This document shows, piece after piece, positions 29,225 through 40,010 of a stretch of 64,000 nucleotides of DNA. The DNA lies in the NCBI GenBank assembly GCA_965248265.1, contig CBDFJF010000002.1, forward strand, positions 224,001 through 288,000. Reading direction: 5' to 3'. A model generated the notes under the pieces. It was not told the origin of the DNA, did no database searches, and saw only the letters and a list, made by a program, of their open reading frames with translations. The translations under genes and the position numbers were made by a program. Numbering within the stretch: the first letter of the stretch is position 1; each line of letters starts with the position of its first letter. Origin of the DNA: Candidatus Latescibacterota bacterium (GTDB taxonomy: Bacteria; Latescibacterota; UBA2968; UBA8231).

Positions 29225-30181
29225 CTACTGCGGCACGGTCAGTCGCGACATTGCTGAAGCAGGCACGGCCGTCCGAAACAGTCTTTCCGCCAGGCTGCGG
29301 CCGTTTCCTGGAACCGGGTGATCTGTCGTCGTTACCCCGTTCATCTGCAGAATGGACTGCGAGATTTCCGCGACACACCCAATGGTCTGCCGAGAGAGAG
29401 TGGAGAGACGGAGCGGCTTCCGCTTTGCCGTTGGGGAATACCTCTGCGAGTCGGAGGGGATGTAGCCATGGTTGTGGAGCGGTTTCCCCAGGAACTGGCC
29501 GACGATTCTCTGCATCTTGCCGACCGCCTCTTCGGACAGGTCCGGATCATCGATGCCGCTGGAGATGATGCCGATCCGTGTGTCACCATTCACCTGGAGA
29601 ACCGTCTTGATCAGTCCGTAGGCATCAACCATGTCGTTCCTACGCCAGGGTGTAACGACGACGACATCACGACTGGCTCTGATGACAGCTCTCGCGTGGC
29701 TGCTGAGCGCAGGACTGACGATGGCGAGGACGATATCGGCTTCCTCTTCCGCGGTCGTGAACCATCTCGCTAGTGAAGCCCGTTTGGTCGGGTCGAGATC
29801 GTCGAGGCCCGAGACGTCCACGTCGATGGTGACCAGCCTGATACCGTCAGCGCATTCGGCGGTGGGAGGCTCGTTACCACTTCCCGCGATGACGCCAAGG
29901 ATGGAGCCGTGCGCGGTGCCACTCGTGCGCATCCACAACCGCGGGTGGCTGAAATCGGCATCGAGGAGAAGCACTCGCTTGCCGCGCCTGGCAAACGCCA
30001 GGGCCAGGTTGAGAGTCAGCGATCCACGCTCTCTCACCTTGCCGTCGGCGGCAATGCAGATGACGGGTGGAGGAGCCGGAACATCGTTGCGAAAACCGGT
30101 CTCAGCGTTCGTGGCCGCGGGCGAGAGGAACAGGTGAGAGAAATCCTCCAGCCCTCGTCCCAGTCTGCGATCTCGTACCAT
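29225..30181 (-). CDS. MinD/FlhG-like protein with degenerate Walker A and N-terminal LGRGL motif
   Basis: LNLALAFARRGKRVLLLDADF, DAYGLIK, GYIPSD; no GKGGVGK. Confidence 0.75.
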   Translation of the reverse strand: MVRDRRLGRGLEDFSHLFLSPAATNAETGFRNDVPAPPPVICIAADGKVRERGSLTLNLALAFARRGKRVLLLDADFSHPRLWMRTSGTAHGSILGVIAGSGNEPPTAECADGIRLVTIDVDVSGLDDLDPTKRASLARWFTTAEEEADIVLAIVSPALSSHARAVIRASRDVVVVTPWRRNDMVDAYGLIKTVLQVNGDTRIGIISSGIDDPDLSEEAVGKMQRIVGQFLGKPLHNHGYIPSDSQRYSPTAKRKPLRLSTLSRQTIGCVAEISQSILQMNGVTTTDHPVPGNGRSLAERLFRTAVPASAMSRLTVPQ

Positions 30182-30189
30182 GGCGATCG

Positions 30190-31260
30190 TCAGTGGCCGA
30201 AAACCGTCACCAGGGAATTCCCCACGCCAATATCGTCGGTTGTCACCGCATCATTGCCGGGATCGGTTATCCATTTTCCGTCGACGATGAACTTGTATTC
30301 GTGTGTCCCCGACTCGAGGTGGAGGGAGCCCTGCCAGGTTTCGTGGTCGTGACGCTGCAGCATCACATCCTCCACGGGCTGCCAGTTGCTGAAGTCGCCG
30401 GCGATCTGCACCACTGTCGCTGCGGCGTCGCAATAGGTAAAGAGGATCTCGTTGCCAATCTGCCTGGGGCCCAGCCGGCGGGTTGTGCGGATGACATCCG
30501 ATTTCGTCTCTTCCGCGACGACCTCGGCCGCCAGGTGCATGTAATCTTCCGCCCCCGCGCTCTGCTTCCTGTATTCCTGAATGGGCAAGCCGAATCCGGC
30601 GGCCTCTCTCAATTTCACGGTGGCACGGATCACGGTGCTGTACCTGTTTTCCCCGAAGTGCTGGTCGATGTTCGTCAGAACCTCGCGGGCAAACAGGGTG
30701 TGTGCATCACAGATGGTGGCCAGTGCCCGCGACCTGATCTCATGTTCGTACTGGACCTTCAGGATTTCGATCATCTCGAGCAGCCGCGCGACCCCCTGTA
30801 AAGCGAAGACGCTCATGTCGATGGGTATGAGCGCCTCCGAACATGCTCTGAGCGCGTTGAAGGTGAGAAAACCCAGGCTGGGTGGGCAGTCGACGACGAC
30901 GTAGTCGTACTCCCGCTGCAGGTTCAGCAGAGCGCCGAGGAGGACGCTCTCGCGCTCCATCCTTCCTGCCAGCTGCTGCTCTACAGCACTGAGGACTAAC
31001 TGCGAGGGGGCGAGGTCGAGGCGGTCGCCGATTTTCACGATCACGTCGTCGAGACCTCGTCCATCCTCGACGAAGATGTCGTATATGCTGCTCTCCAGAT
31101 CCTCGACTTTCACATTCAAACCGATCGAGGCATGCGACTGAGGATCCAGATCGATCAGCAACACTTTTCTGTTGCTCGAGGCGAGGCTGGCTGAGAGGTT
31201 GATCGCGGTTGTCGTCTTGCCACAACCGCCCTTCTGATTGGCGATGGCTATCGTGCGCAT
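30190..31260 (-). CDS. ParA/Soj-family ATPase fused to a CBM48 (AMPK-beta-like) glycogen-binding domain
   Basis: ANQKGGCGKTT, IDLDPQ, DCPPSLG; C-terminal VQIAGDFSNW...HEYKFIVDGKWITDP. Confidence 0.9.
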   Translation of the reverse strand: MRTIAIANQKGGCGKTTTAINLSASLASSNRKVLLIDLDPQSHASIGLNVKVEDLESSIYDIFVEDGRGLDDVIVKIGDRLDLAPSQLVLSAVEQQLAGRMERESVLLGALLNLQREYDYVVVDCPPSLGFLTFNALRACSEALIPIDMSVFALQGVARLLEMIEILKVQYEHEIRSRALATICDAHTLFAREVLTNIDQHFGENRYSTVIRATVKLREAAGFGLPIQEYRKQSAGAEDYMHLAAEVVAEETKSDVIRTTRRLGPRQIGNEILFTYCDAAATVVQIAGDFSNWQPVEDVMLQRHDHETWQGSLHLESGTHEYKFIVDGKWITDPGNDAVTTDDIGVGNSLVTVFGH

Positions 31261-31505
31261 GATTCCGCTCCCTTGTTCTGGCGATCCGCAACGCCGGTAG
31301 AAATCGACGCTGCAGATGCATCGACGCAGTTTTTCCAGACGAATGTCTGGCTGGTACGGAAACCGGGGAGGGCAATACGGGGAATGCGAACAGCAAAGGG
31401 GGATTTGGTGTTCCTACAAAAATACTGGTGTTCGGTTTGGGTCGCTACTGGTTTCTTTCTCGGCTCGCCAGGTCAAGGTCTTCGGCGATCCGAAACAGAA
31501 CCCCA

Positions 31506-32495
31506 TCAGGATTTACCGAATGTCTGCTCTACCACATGGCAACGGACGGTATGGCCGGGAACAGGCTCGATTTCCATAGGAGACTCCGTCTTGCAGATGT
31601 CGATGCATTCGGGGCACCGGGTATGGAAGCGGCAGCCCGAGGGTGGATCGATCGGACTGGGAACATCGCCCTTGAGGATGATCCGTTTGCGCTTCGATGT
31701 CGTGTCCTCCATGGGAACCGCGGAAAGCAGGGCCTTGGTGTAGGGATGGAGGGCATTCTTGTAGATCTCATCACTGGCGGCAGTCTCAACGATCTCGCCG
31801 AGGTACATGACGGCGACCCGATCACTGATGTACTCGACGACCGAGAGATCGTGAGCGATGAAGAGGTAGGACAGGTTGTGCTCCTCCCGCAGTTTCACCA
31901 GCAGATTGATGATCTGCGCCTGAATGGAAACGTCGAGTGCCGAGACGGCTTCATCACACACGATGAAGGCCGGATCGAGGGCGAGGGCGCGGGCAATTCC
32001 GATCCGTTGGCGCTGACCACCGGAAAACTCATGGGCGTAGCGATGGATGTGGTTGGGGGAGAGCCCGACGATCTCCAACAGTTCCTTGACTCTCTCCTCC
32101 GAATCCTTGCGCGTTCCCATCTTGTGGACGACCAGGCCCTCGCCGACGATGGCGCCTACCGTCATCCGCGGATTCAGCGAGCCGTAGGGGTCCTGAAAGA
32201 TGATCTGCATGCGTTTGCGGATGTCCCGCAGTTCCTGTCCAGCCAGGGACAGGACATCGATGCCTTCGAACCGAACGTCGCCTGAAGTGGGTTCGATGAT
32301 GCGCAGTACGGTGCGTCCCGCTGTGGTCTTGCCGCAGCCACTCTCGCCGACCAGGCCAAGGGTTTCGCCTTTGTCGATGTGGAATGAAACGTCGTCGACG
32401 GCCTGGACTTGTGCCGCGACGCGAGAGAAGACTCCCTTGCGGATCGGGAAGTACTTTTTGAGATTCTCCACTCTCAGCAGGGGTTCGTTACTCAT
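31506..32495 (-). CDS. oppF: Oligo/dipeptide ABC transporter ATPase
   Basis: [28 protein letters not shown]. Confidence 0.92.
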   Translation of the reverse strand: MSNEPLLRVENLKKYFPIRKGVFSRVAAQVQAVDDVSFHIDKGETLGLVGESGCGKTTAGRTVLRIIEPTSGDVRFEGIDVLSLAGQELRDIRKRMQIIFQDPYGSLNPRMTVGAIVGEGLVVHKMGTRKDSEERVKELLEIVGLSPNHIHRYAHEFSGGQRQRIGIARALALDPAFIVCDEAVSALDVSIQAQIINLLVKLREEHNLSYLFIAHDLSVVEYISDRVAVMYLGEIVETAASDEIYKNALHPYTKALLSAVPMEDTTSKRKRIILKGDVPSPIDPPSGCRFHTRCPECIDICKTESPMEIEPVPGHTVRCHVVEQTFGKS

Positions 32496-33450
32496 AGAGC
32501 ACGCATGATACCCAGTGGCCGGGTTTGACTTCTAGAAGCTCGGGTTCAACGGCGCTGCAGTTTTCTTTCACCTGATCGCAACGGGGATGGAACTTGCATC
32601 CACTGGGAAAATACAAAGGATTCGGAACCGACCCCGGAATCACCGCCAGCGCATCCTCAGGGTTCATTCCGAGTTTCGGGCGCGACCGGAAGAGGCCCTG
32701 CGAATAGGGATGCATCGGATTGCCGAACAGCTCGCCGGTTTCGGCGTATTCGACAATCTTCCCAGCGTACATCACCACGACTTCGTCAGCCGTTTCCGCG
32801 ATTACACCCAGATCATGAGTAATCATCAGGATCGACATGCCGAATTCACTCTGCAGCTCCTTCAGCAGATCGAGGATCTGCGCCTGGATGGTGACGTCGA
32901 GTGCCGTCGTCGGCTCGTCTGCAATCAACAGCGCAGGGTTACAGGCCAGGGCCATGGCGATCATGACCCGCTGTCGCATGCCGCCAGACATCTGGTGGGG
33001 GTATTCGTCGATTCGCTGTTCGGGGGAAGGGATGCCGACCTTCTGCAGCAACTCAATGGTACGTTGGCGGGCCTCGCCCTTCGTGGTTTTTTCGTGAAGG
33101 ATGATGGCTTCCCCGATCTGGTTGCCGACCGTGAAGACGGGGTTCAGCGATGTCATCGGCTCCTGAAAAATCATGGAAATGCGATTGCCGCGGATTGCCC
33201 GCATGTCCGCTTCCGACAGGGTACTCAGATCGTTCCCATCGAACAGGACCTGGCCCTCGACGATCTTGCCAGGGTCGGGAATAAGACGGAGAATGGAGAG
33301 CGCGGTTATCGACTTGCCGCAGCCCGACTCACCGACCACCCCCAGGGTCTTGCCGTGGGGAATCCGGTAGGTAACCCCGTCGACGGCGCGCACGACTCCG
33401 GCTTCGGTGAAGAAGTGTGTCTTCAGGCCCTGCAGTTCCAGGAGATACAC
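32488..33450 (-). CDS. oppD: Oligo/dipeptide ABC transporter ATPase
   Basis: [30 protein letters not shown]. Confidence 0.92.
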   Translation of the reverse strand: MYLLELQGLKTHFFTEAGVVRAVDGVTYRIPHGKTLGVVGESGCGKSITALSILRLIPDPGKIVEGQVLFDGNDLSTLSEADMRAIRGNRISMIFQEPMTSLNPVFTVGNQIGEAIILHEKTTKGEARQRTIELLQKVGIPSPEQRIDEYPHQMSGGMRQRVMIAMALACNPALLIADEPTTALDVTIQAQILDLLKELQSEFGMSILMITHDLGVIAETADEVVVMYAGKIVEYAETGELFGNPMHPYSQGLFRSRPKLGMNPEDALAVIPGSVPNPLYFPSGCKFHPRCDQVKENCSAVEPELLEVKPGHWVSCVLYE

Positions 33451-33508
33451 AGCCGCGTCTACCTTATTATATCCCTATGCATTATCACACCAAGATAAGG
33501 TCAGCATC

Positions 33509-35545
33509 ATGAAGATCCGCTGGATTCCCATATTCGCTGTCGCCGTATTTCTGGACAGCGCCATGCTGTCGGGGGATGAAGACAAGGGCAAGGCGCCGAA
33601 GCATCCGCCTCACTGGCTGGCGCTGTGGACAGGCTCCAATCCGACGAGTTTCAACCCGCTCACGACACGGGATGCGAACGCATCCAGAATCAAGGCCCAC
33701 ATCTTTGAGTCCCTCCTGGTGATTGATCTGCAGGCCTGGGATCCGGATCTCAAAACCTACGGCAAGCGGGGTTTCCTGGCTTCAATGTGGGAGGTCTCCG
33801 AGAACACGATTGAGAAGGGCGAAGACATCGACTGGGAACTGGTGGACTCGATGAAAGACGGAAAGCCCTGCAAGGCCTACAAAGAAGTGAAGACGGAAAA
33901 GGACCAAGACAGCTACACAATCACGTTCCAGCTGCGGAAGAATGTCAAGTTTTCCGACGGCGAGCCCATGGACGCCGATGACGTCGTTTTCTCCTGGCGC
34001 ACGCGATGGAACCCCTTCGTCGATAACCCTCACCTGAAGGCCTACATGACCGACGTCAACGAAAAAGTCGGATTCAACGGCCTCGAGAAAATCGATCAGT
34101 ACACTGTAAAGTTCCACATGAAGAACCTGCACTTCGATGCACTCGGCAATTCGGCGATCGCCGTAATGCCTGAGCACATCTACGGGACCTACGGCGCCGA
34201 CGGCGAAGGCTTCAAGAAGGGTGACAAGATTCCCAACTGGACCGGGGTGTCGGTCGATGAGGATGTCGATTGGGTGCGCTGCGACCATGGTCACATTCTC
34301 GCCGAGGAGAAGGAAGCAGGCGGCGGCGAGAAGACCTGGGTCAAGGTGAAGGGTCCGAGGCAGACGAAGCGCGACGAGATTCTCAAGGGGTTCGCCGATG
34401 CCTTCAACACCCATGCACGCAATCTCAAACCGCTGGGAAGCGGTCCCTACACTCTGGAGGAGTACGTCAGGAACGAGAAGATCGTCCTGGCGCGCGACCC
34501 GAATTACTGGAATGCGGAGGAGGCTCGGGAGCGCGGCGACTACCGGATTCAGAAAAAGCTGTACCGAATCATCGAGGACCGGGGACAGATGTTCCAATCG
34601 GCCCTTGCCGGCGAGCTCGACACGATCGGCATGGACGCCGAGCAGTGGGACGAGAAAACATCCGATCCGGAGTTCAAGGATCGCTTCGCTAAGTTCCGCT
34701 ATTACAGCGCCAGCTACGGATACGTGGGCTGGAACATGCGGCACAAACTCAAGGATTCCGATACGGGAACGCGGATACTGCACCAACGCGATGTCCGAGT
34801 AGCCCTCACCTACATGACCAACCGACCCCGGATGCTCGAGGAGATCTCGCGCGGACACGGAAAAATCGTGACCGGACCTTTCTACTTCGAGCTGGGGGCC
34901 AATGATGCCAATCTCAGGCCGCGCCCTTTTGATATTGAGCGAGCCGTCGCCAAGCTGGAGAAGGCGGGGTGGATGCTGAACGACGAGACCGGCATCCGGG
35001 AGAAGGAAGTGCTCTGCCAGGAAGAAGACGGCACGGAATACATGCAGACGATTCCTCTTTCCATCCGGCTGATGGTTCCGAGTTCCGGTGGTGCGACTGG
35101 GGTAGCCATGCGTCGTGCTACCATGATGAAGGAGGACTTCAAGAAGGGCGGCGTCGAGCTGATCGTCGAATCGGTGGAGTGGACGGTTTTCACCGATCGC
35201 CTCGACAAGCAGGATTTCCAGGGATGTATGCTCGGATGGCGTCTCGGCCTCGAACCTGATCCCTACCAGATCTGGCATTCGTCGCAAACGGGAAAATCCG
35301 GATCCAACTTCGTGAATTTCGTCGACGAAGAGGTGGATGACTGGATCGTTGAAGGGCGCCGCACCATGGACCCCGTCAAGCGGGCGGAGATCTTCCGCAA
35401 GATTCACCGACGCATCTATCGGGAGCAGCCCTACACTTTCATGTTCACCGGAGAGGCGCTGACGGGAATCCACAAACGCATCCGGAACGTGAAGGCCTAT
35501 CCGGTGGCAGGCGTCGATCAGAACGAGTGGTTCATCGACTGGTAG
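33509..35545 (+). CDS. Peptide ABC transporter substrate-binding protein (family 5) with insertions
   Basis: Signal peptide, FQLRKNVKFSDGEP, GSGPY, DPYQIWHSSQ. Confidence 0.88.
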   Translation: MKIRWIPIFAVAVFLDSAMLSGDEDKGKAPKHPPHWLALWTGSNPTSFNPLTTRDANASRIKAHIFESLLVIDLQAWDPDLKTYGKRGFLASMWEVSENTIEKGEDIDWELVDSMKDGKPCKAYKEVKTEKDQDSYTITFQLRKNVKFSDGEPMDADDVVFSWRTRWNPFVDNPHLKAYMTDVNEKVGFNGLEKIDQYTVKFHMKNLHFDALGNSAIAVMPEHIYGTYGADGEGFKKGDKIPNWTGVSVDEDVDWVRCDHGHILAEEKEAGGGEKTWVKVKGPRQTKRDEILKGFADAFNTHARNLKPLGSGPYTLEEYVRNEKIVLARDPNYWNAEEARERGDYRIQKKLYRIIEDRGQMFQSALAGELDTIGMDAEQWDEKTSDPEFKDRFAKFRYYSASYGYVGWNMRHKLKDSDTGTRILHQRDVRVALTYMTNRPRMLEEISRGHGKIVTGPFYFELGANDANLRPRPFDIERAVAKLEKAGWMLNDETGIREKEVLCQEEDGTEYMQTIPLSIRLMVPSSGGATGVAMRRATMMKEDFKKGGVELIVESVEWTVFTDRLDKQDFQGCMLGWRLGLEPDPYQIWHSSQTGKSGSNFVNFVDEEVDDWIVEGRRTMDPVKRAEIFRKIHRRIYREQPYTFMFTGEALTGIHKRIRNVKAYPVAGVDQNEWFIDW

Positions 35546-35551
35546 ATATCG

Positions 35552-36568
35552 TTGGTAACCTATATCATCCGGCGCGTCCTCTTTCTGATCCCGACCCTGA
35601 TCGGGATCACCATGCTCGGCTATTGCATCATGCGAGTCGCGCCCGGCAGTCCGGTGCAGCAGTCCGCCATGGATGACTTCGGCGGGATCGAGGGCACGGC
35701 GGCGGAGGCTCAGCGGGAAGCGCAGCAACGCAAGATCGAGGAGTTCCATCTCGACAAACACCCCGTCGTCGGCTATCTCCACTGGGCCAACGACGTCTTA
35801 CGCGGCGACATGGGGCGGTCGCTGATCGGCGAGCGCGAGCCGGTGGCGGACAAGATGTGGAGCGGGCTGCGCGTCACGATTCCCCTCAACGTCATCGCTA
35901 TCATCATCAGCTACATGGTGTCGATTCCGCTGGGGATCTACGCAGCGGTCCGGCACAACGACATCTTCGATCGTGTTTCCGCGATAGCGCTGTTCTTCCT
36001 CTATTCTATCCCAAGTCTGGTGGTCTGTTACATAGCGCTCTGGGTATTTGCCTATGGCCAGCCATTCGATTTTATGCCAAGTCGGGGTTTGTACGGCGAT
36101 GAGTGGTCAACCATGGGACTCTTCGCCCGGCTCGCCACCTACGGCCATCACGCCGCGCTGCCCATTTTTGCCATGACCATCGGGTCATTCACCGTGATGT
36201 CGCGCTTCATGCGCACGGCGATGCTGGAGGTCATCCGGCAGGATTATATCCGGACCGCCCGCGCGAAGGGTCTTAGTGAGAGCGTCGTCATTCTCAAGCA
36301 CGCTCTGCGCAACGGCGTGCTGCCGGTCATCACGATCATGGCGGGGCTGGTTCCCGGCCTGATCGGAGGATCCGTGATCCTGGAGACCATATTCGGATTG
36401 CCGGGAATCGGCAGGATTGGATTCGCGGCGGTGCTGGAGCGGGACTACACCATGGTGATGGGGACATTCCTCGTAAGCGGCTCACTCACTCTGATCAGCC
36501 TGCTGATCGTCGACATCGCCTACGTCCTGGTGGATCCCCGAATCTCTTTCGAATCAAGGGCGCGCTGA
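35552..36568 (+). CDS. oppB: Peptide ABC transporter permease
   Basis: YIIRR, DYIRTARAKGL, HALRN, DPRI. Confidence 0.9.
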   Translation: MVTYIIRRVLFLIPTLIGITMLGYCIMRVAPGSPVQQSAMDDFGGIEGTAAEAQREAQQRKIEEFHLDKHPVVGYLHWANDVLRGDMGRSLIGEREPVADKMWSGLRVTIPLNVIAIIISYMVSIPLGIYAAVRHNDIFDRVSAIALFFLYSIPSLVVCYIALWVFAYGQPFDFMPSRGLYGDEWSTMGLFARLATYGHHAALPIFAMTIGSFTVMSRFMRTAMLEVIRQDYIRTARAKGLSESVVILKHALRNGVLPVITIMAGLVPGLIGGSVILETIFGLPGIGRIGFAAVLERDYTMVMGTFLVSGSLTLISLLIVDIAYVLVDPRISFESRAR

Positions 36569-36569
36569 C

Positions 36570-38252
36570 ATGGCCGACGAGTTCAGAGAGGAGCAGGCAA
36601 GCCCTCCATATTGGGAACGAGTCTGGGCTTCGTTCTGGCGCTTCCGGACGAACCGGATCTCAACCCGTGTCGTCTACGCCATGTTCGCTATCGGCGTACT
36701 GGCCCCCCTGCTCGCCAACGGATTCCCCCTGGCCATGAGCCTACCCGTGGCGCTGCCGACGCTGGAGGACCAGAAGACCGCGATGTTTCGGGAACGCAAC
36801 AAGGCGCTCGAAGCGGAGCGCAGTGCGGCCCTGGACTCCGTCGACGAAGGAGAACCTGACGCTTTCGAACGACTGGAGCGCGCCGAGGATGCTCTGAAAG
36901 CCGCCAAACCCGATTTCGACAACAACGTCTGGCCTGATGAAAGGGCGAAGATTCTACAGGCATCGGAAACGACGCTCAGTTTTCCCGTCATGATCGATCT
37001 GTGCCGGCCACAGCGGGAATCGGCCATCCTCGACTATGTCTACAACGGGTTCCTCCTCGGCTTCCTCATATGTATCGTGCCGATTCTGATCTGGCGCTTC
37101 TCCAGGGGTCCGATCGGATTCAGGCGCACGGTCCAGATGATGCTGGTGATGGAGGCGGTTGGTGCCATCGTCATCTTCATCGGAGCGGGGCAGACCAGTT
37201 CGACCTTCGTTGACTACTACCAGATCTCCAGGTTATCGGAGGACGAGAACGTCGGATGGGTGCTGTGGCCTCCAATACCTTACAGCTACTACGGGAACCC
37301 CAAGGGGCACATCCTTTTGCCCCCGCCGTACCTGGCTGATCCGGAAACCTACCTTGAGCGTGCCCAGGCGGCGCGTCTTGCAAAGGCAGATGCCGAGACG
37401 CAGGTTGCCGAACTCTCCCTGGAACTCGAACGCCTGCGGCCGGTCGGTGCGCCTGCGGCGATTGCTCAAGCGGTGGCAGACCTGAGTGACGCGGAAAAGC
37501 GGGTCGTGGATGAGGGCGACAACATCCGCAGTGCTGAGAACGTGGCAAAACGAGAACAGTTTGCGCTGGAGGTGGATGCCCACCTGATCGGCGCTGACGC
37601 GAATGGCCGCGACGTGCTGTCACGCCTTATCCACGGGACCCGGATCGCGCTTTCGATCGGCTTCATCGCCGTGACTATTGCGAATCTCATTGGGATCACT
37701 CTCGGTGCCTGCATGGGCTACTTCGGTGGAATCTTCGATTTTTTGGGAATGCGCCTGCTCGAGCTGATGATGGGCGTCCCCACCTTCTTCCTCATGCTCA
37801 CGATCATCGCGCTGTGGCCTGACGTGGGCATCTGGGGAATGATGTTCGTTATCGGCCTGACGTCCTGGCCGGGGAGTGCCCGCCTGATCCGGGGCGAATT
37901 TCTGCGCCTTCGGCAGTTGGACTACGTGAGCGCCGCCGTCGCCCTTGGAAGTCGGCCAAGCCGGATCATGTTCCGCCATCTTCTGCCCAACGCTCTGGCG
38001 CCAATCATGGTCTCCGTGCCCTTCGGAGTTGTCGGTGCGATTCTGGCAGAATCGGGACTGTCGTTTCTGGGAATCGGATTGCGCCCCCCGGTGGCGTCAT
38101 GGGGCGAGATCCTCTCTGAAGGACGGGCGTTCTTTCCCGATAGTTCGTGGTTGATCTGGTTTCCGTCGCTGGCAATCTTCGTGACCGTGACCTGCTACAC
38201 TCTGGTGGGCCAGGGGTTCCGAGATGCAACCGATCCACGGCTGAATTCCTAG
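36570..38252 (+). CDS. oppC: Peptide ABC transporter permease with large helical insertions
   Basis: HLIGADANGRDVLSRLIHG, FRHLLPN, SFLGIG. Confidence 0.88.
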   Translation: MADEFREEQASPPYWERVWASFWRFRTNRISTRVVYAMFAIGVLAPLLANGFPLAMSLPVALPTLEDQKTAMFRERNKALEAERSAALDSVDEGEPDAFERLERAEDALKAAKPDFDNNVWPDERAKILQASETTLSFPVMIDLCRPQRESAILDYVYNGFLLGFLICIVPILIWRFSRGPIGFRRTVQMMLVMEAVGAIVIFIGAGQTSSTFVDYYQISRLSEDENVGWVLWPPIPYSYYGNPKGHILLPPPYLADPETYLERAQAARLAKADAETQVAELSLELERLRPVGAPAAIAQAVADLSDAEKRVVDEGDNIRSAENVAKREQFALEVDAHLIGADANGRDVLSRLIHGTRIALSIGFIAVTIANLIGITLGACMGYFGGIFDFLGMRLLELMMGVPTFFLMLTIIALWPDVGIWGMMFVIGLTSWPGSARLIRGEFLRLRQLDYVSAAVALGSRPSRIMFRHLLPNALAPIMVSVPFGVVGAILAESGLSFLGIGLRPPVASWGEILSEGRAFFPDSSWLIWFPSLAIFVTVTCYTLVGQGFRDATDPRLNS

Positions 38253-38986
38253 TGACTGAAGCGCAACTACACAAGTGCTGTCAGGAGATACTGACCGACG
38301 GGTTCTGCATCCTCCGCGATCTCCTTCAGGTAACCGTCATTGACGAGTGCGCCAGGGCTTTCGAGCCGATCCTCGAAGCGCACATGGATGAAATCCGCGA
38401 GAAGCCGAATCGCGGGCCGAACCGGCATTTCATCAAATGCCCCTTCGAGCCACCCTTTTCCAATCCCGTGCTCTACGAAAACGAGACGGTGCTATCGATC
38501 GTCGACCAACTGCTCGGCGAGGACGCGGCCATCGGCAGTTACGCCACGGACACGCCCCTGCAGGGCTCCGTTCATCAGGATTTTCACGGCGACGTGGCGG
38601 CGCTGTTCCCGGAGACCGGTCTGGTAACGCCGCCCTATATCCTGGCGTTCAACTTTGCTTTGGTTGACGTGACTTTTGAAAACGGTCCCTTCGAAACAGC
38701 GAGAGGAAGTCATCGGTTTACACGCGAAGAAGGGTTGCGCAAGGTCAAGAGCGGTGAGTTGGCGCTGGAGCCCCTGTTGCTGAACCGGGGTGATGCCCTG
38801 GTGCGAGATCCGCGTCATATCCATCGGGGCACACCAAACAACTCTCCGACGCCAAGGCCGGTGGCCGTGATCGGCTACGTCAAGGGATGGTACCGATTCG
38901 ACAAGATGTCGACAATATCGAAGGAGGAACAGGAGAAACTATCCGAGCGGGGAAGGCAATTATTGCGGTTCGCGCCGCAGGAATAA
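38252..38986 (+). CDS. PhyH family dioxygenase
   Basis: QDFHGD, ENGPFE..GSH, HRGTPN..RP. Confidence 0.88.
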   Translation: MTEAQLHKCCQEILTDGFCILRDLLQVTVIDECARAFEPILEAHMDEIREKPNRGPNRHFIKCPFEPPFSNPVLYENETVLSIVDQLLGEDAAIGSYATDTPLQGSVHQDFHGDVAALFPETGLVTPPYILAFNFALVDVTFENGPFETARGSHRFTREEGLRKVKSGELALEPLLLNRGDALVRDPRHIHRGTPNNSPTPRPVAVIGYVKGWYRFDKMSTISKEEQEKLSERGRQLLRFAPQE

Positions 38987-39009
38987 GAGCGCGCAATGCC
39001 CTTAACGCG

Positions 39010-39810
39010 TCACCCCATGGCCACGCCACCATCCACATTGATGGCCTGACCAGTGATGTTGCGGGCCTCTTCCGAGGCCAGGAAAGCCACTAGATTGCCG
39101 ACATCTTCCGGAGATTGCTCGCGCTGCAGTGGCGTTACATTGCGCACGTATTGCTCGAAGGCGGCGCGGGGTTCCAGTTCGGCGAAGGCAGCTTCCGTTT
39201 TCGCCAGCTCCGGTGCGAGGCTCTTCCAGAAAGGTGTCCACAGCATGCCAGGGCAAACGGCGTTGACGTTGATGTTGTGGCCCCCCAGATCCTTGGCCAG
39301 CAATCGGGTCAGGCTCAGCAACGCGTTCTTGGCTGCGGCGTAGGCCGGCAGAAACACCGGATCACGCTTGGCGGCGATGGATGAGATGTTGATGATCTTG
39401 CCGTACTTTCGCTCCTTCATGTGGTCGACGACGGCCCGGCACAGCATGAACGGTCCCTTGACGTTGATGTCGTAGTTGTCGTCCCAGGTGGATATCGAAT
39501 GGTCGGTAACGGCGCCGCCGACGTGGGTGCCGAAGTGTCCGGCGTTGTTGACGACGATGTCGACGCGGCCAAAGGTGTCTATCGTCTGAGCCACCAGGTC
39601 ATCGCAGGACGAGGCATCGGTAACATCGGTGCGCACGACGAGACCGCGCCGGCCCGTCTTTTCCGCTTCGTCGACGACCTTTTGCGCGTTCTCGGTATTG
39701 ATATCCGAGACGACGATGTCCGCCCCCTCCCGGGTCAGGCACCGGCAGATGCCGCTGCCGATGCCGCCGCCACCGCCCGTGACGATGGCAATACTATCCT
39801 TTAATCGCAT
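39010..39810 (-). CDS. Short-chain dehydrogenase/reductase
   Basis: TGGGGGIG, NNAG, YAAAK. Confidence 0.92.
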   Translation of the reverse strand: MRLKDSIAIVTGGGGGIGSGICRCLTREGADIVVSDINTENAQKVVDEAEKTGRRGLVVRTDVTDASSCDDLVAQTIDTFGRVDIVVNNAGHFGTHVGGAVTDHSISTWDDNYDINVKGPFMLCRAVVDHMKERKYGKIINISSIAAKRDPVFLPAYAAAKNALLSLTRLLAKDLGGHNINVNAVCPGMLWTPFWKSLAPELAKTEAAFAELEPRAAFEQYVRNVTPLQREQSPEDVGNLVAFLASEEARNITGQAINVDGGVAMG

Positions 39811-40010
39811 GGTCTACGCTCCTTGATCGGCGTTAGTATCCCGACGCCGGTGGCTTCGTCCAGTTCTTCCACACTAGCCAGAACCGGATTCACCTTCGGG
39901 TATTGCGCTACAATGCGCAAGTCCTTGACCCTCCGGAGGGTTGGCTTGAAGCTTCGTTGGCAGATGCACGTGTCGACGATGAGAGTCGGGCGAAGGAACA
40001 GGAGGATGTC

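Noticed and set aside
33782-35782. 666-aa antisense ORF
   Set aside because: Mirror of the GC-biased SBP gene with no motifs; the same applies to other antisense ORFs such as 59551-60750.
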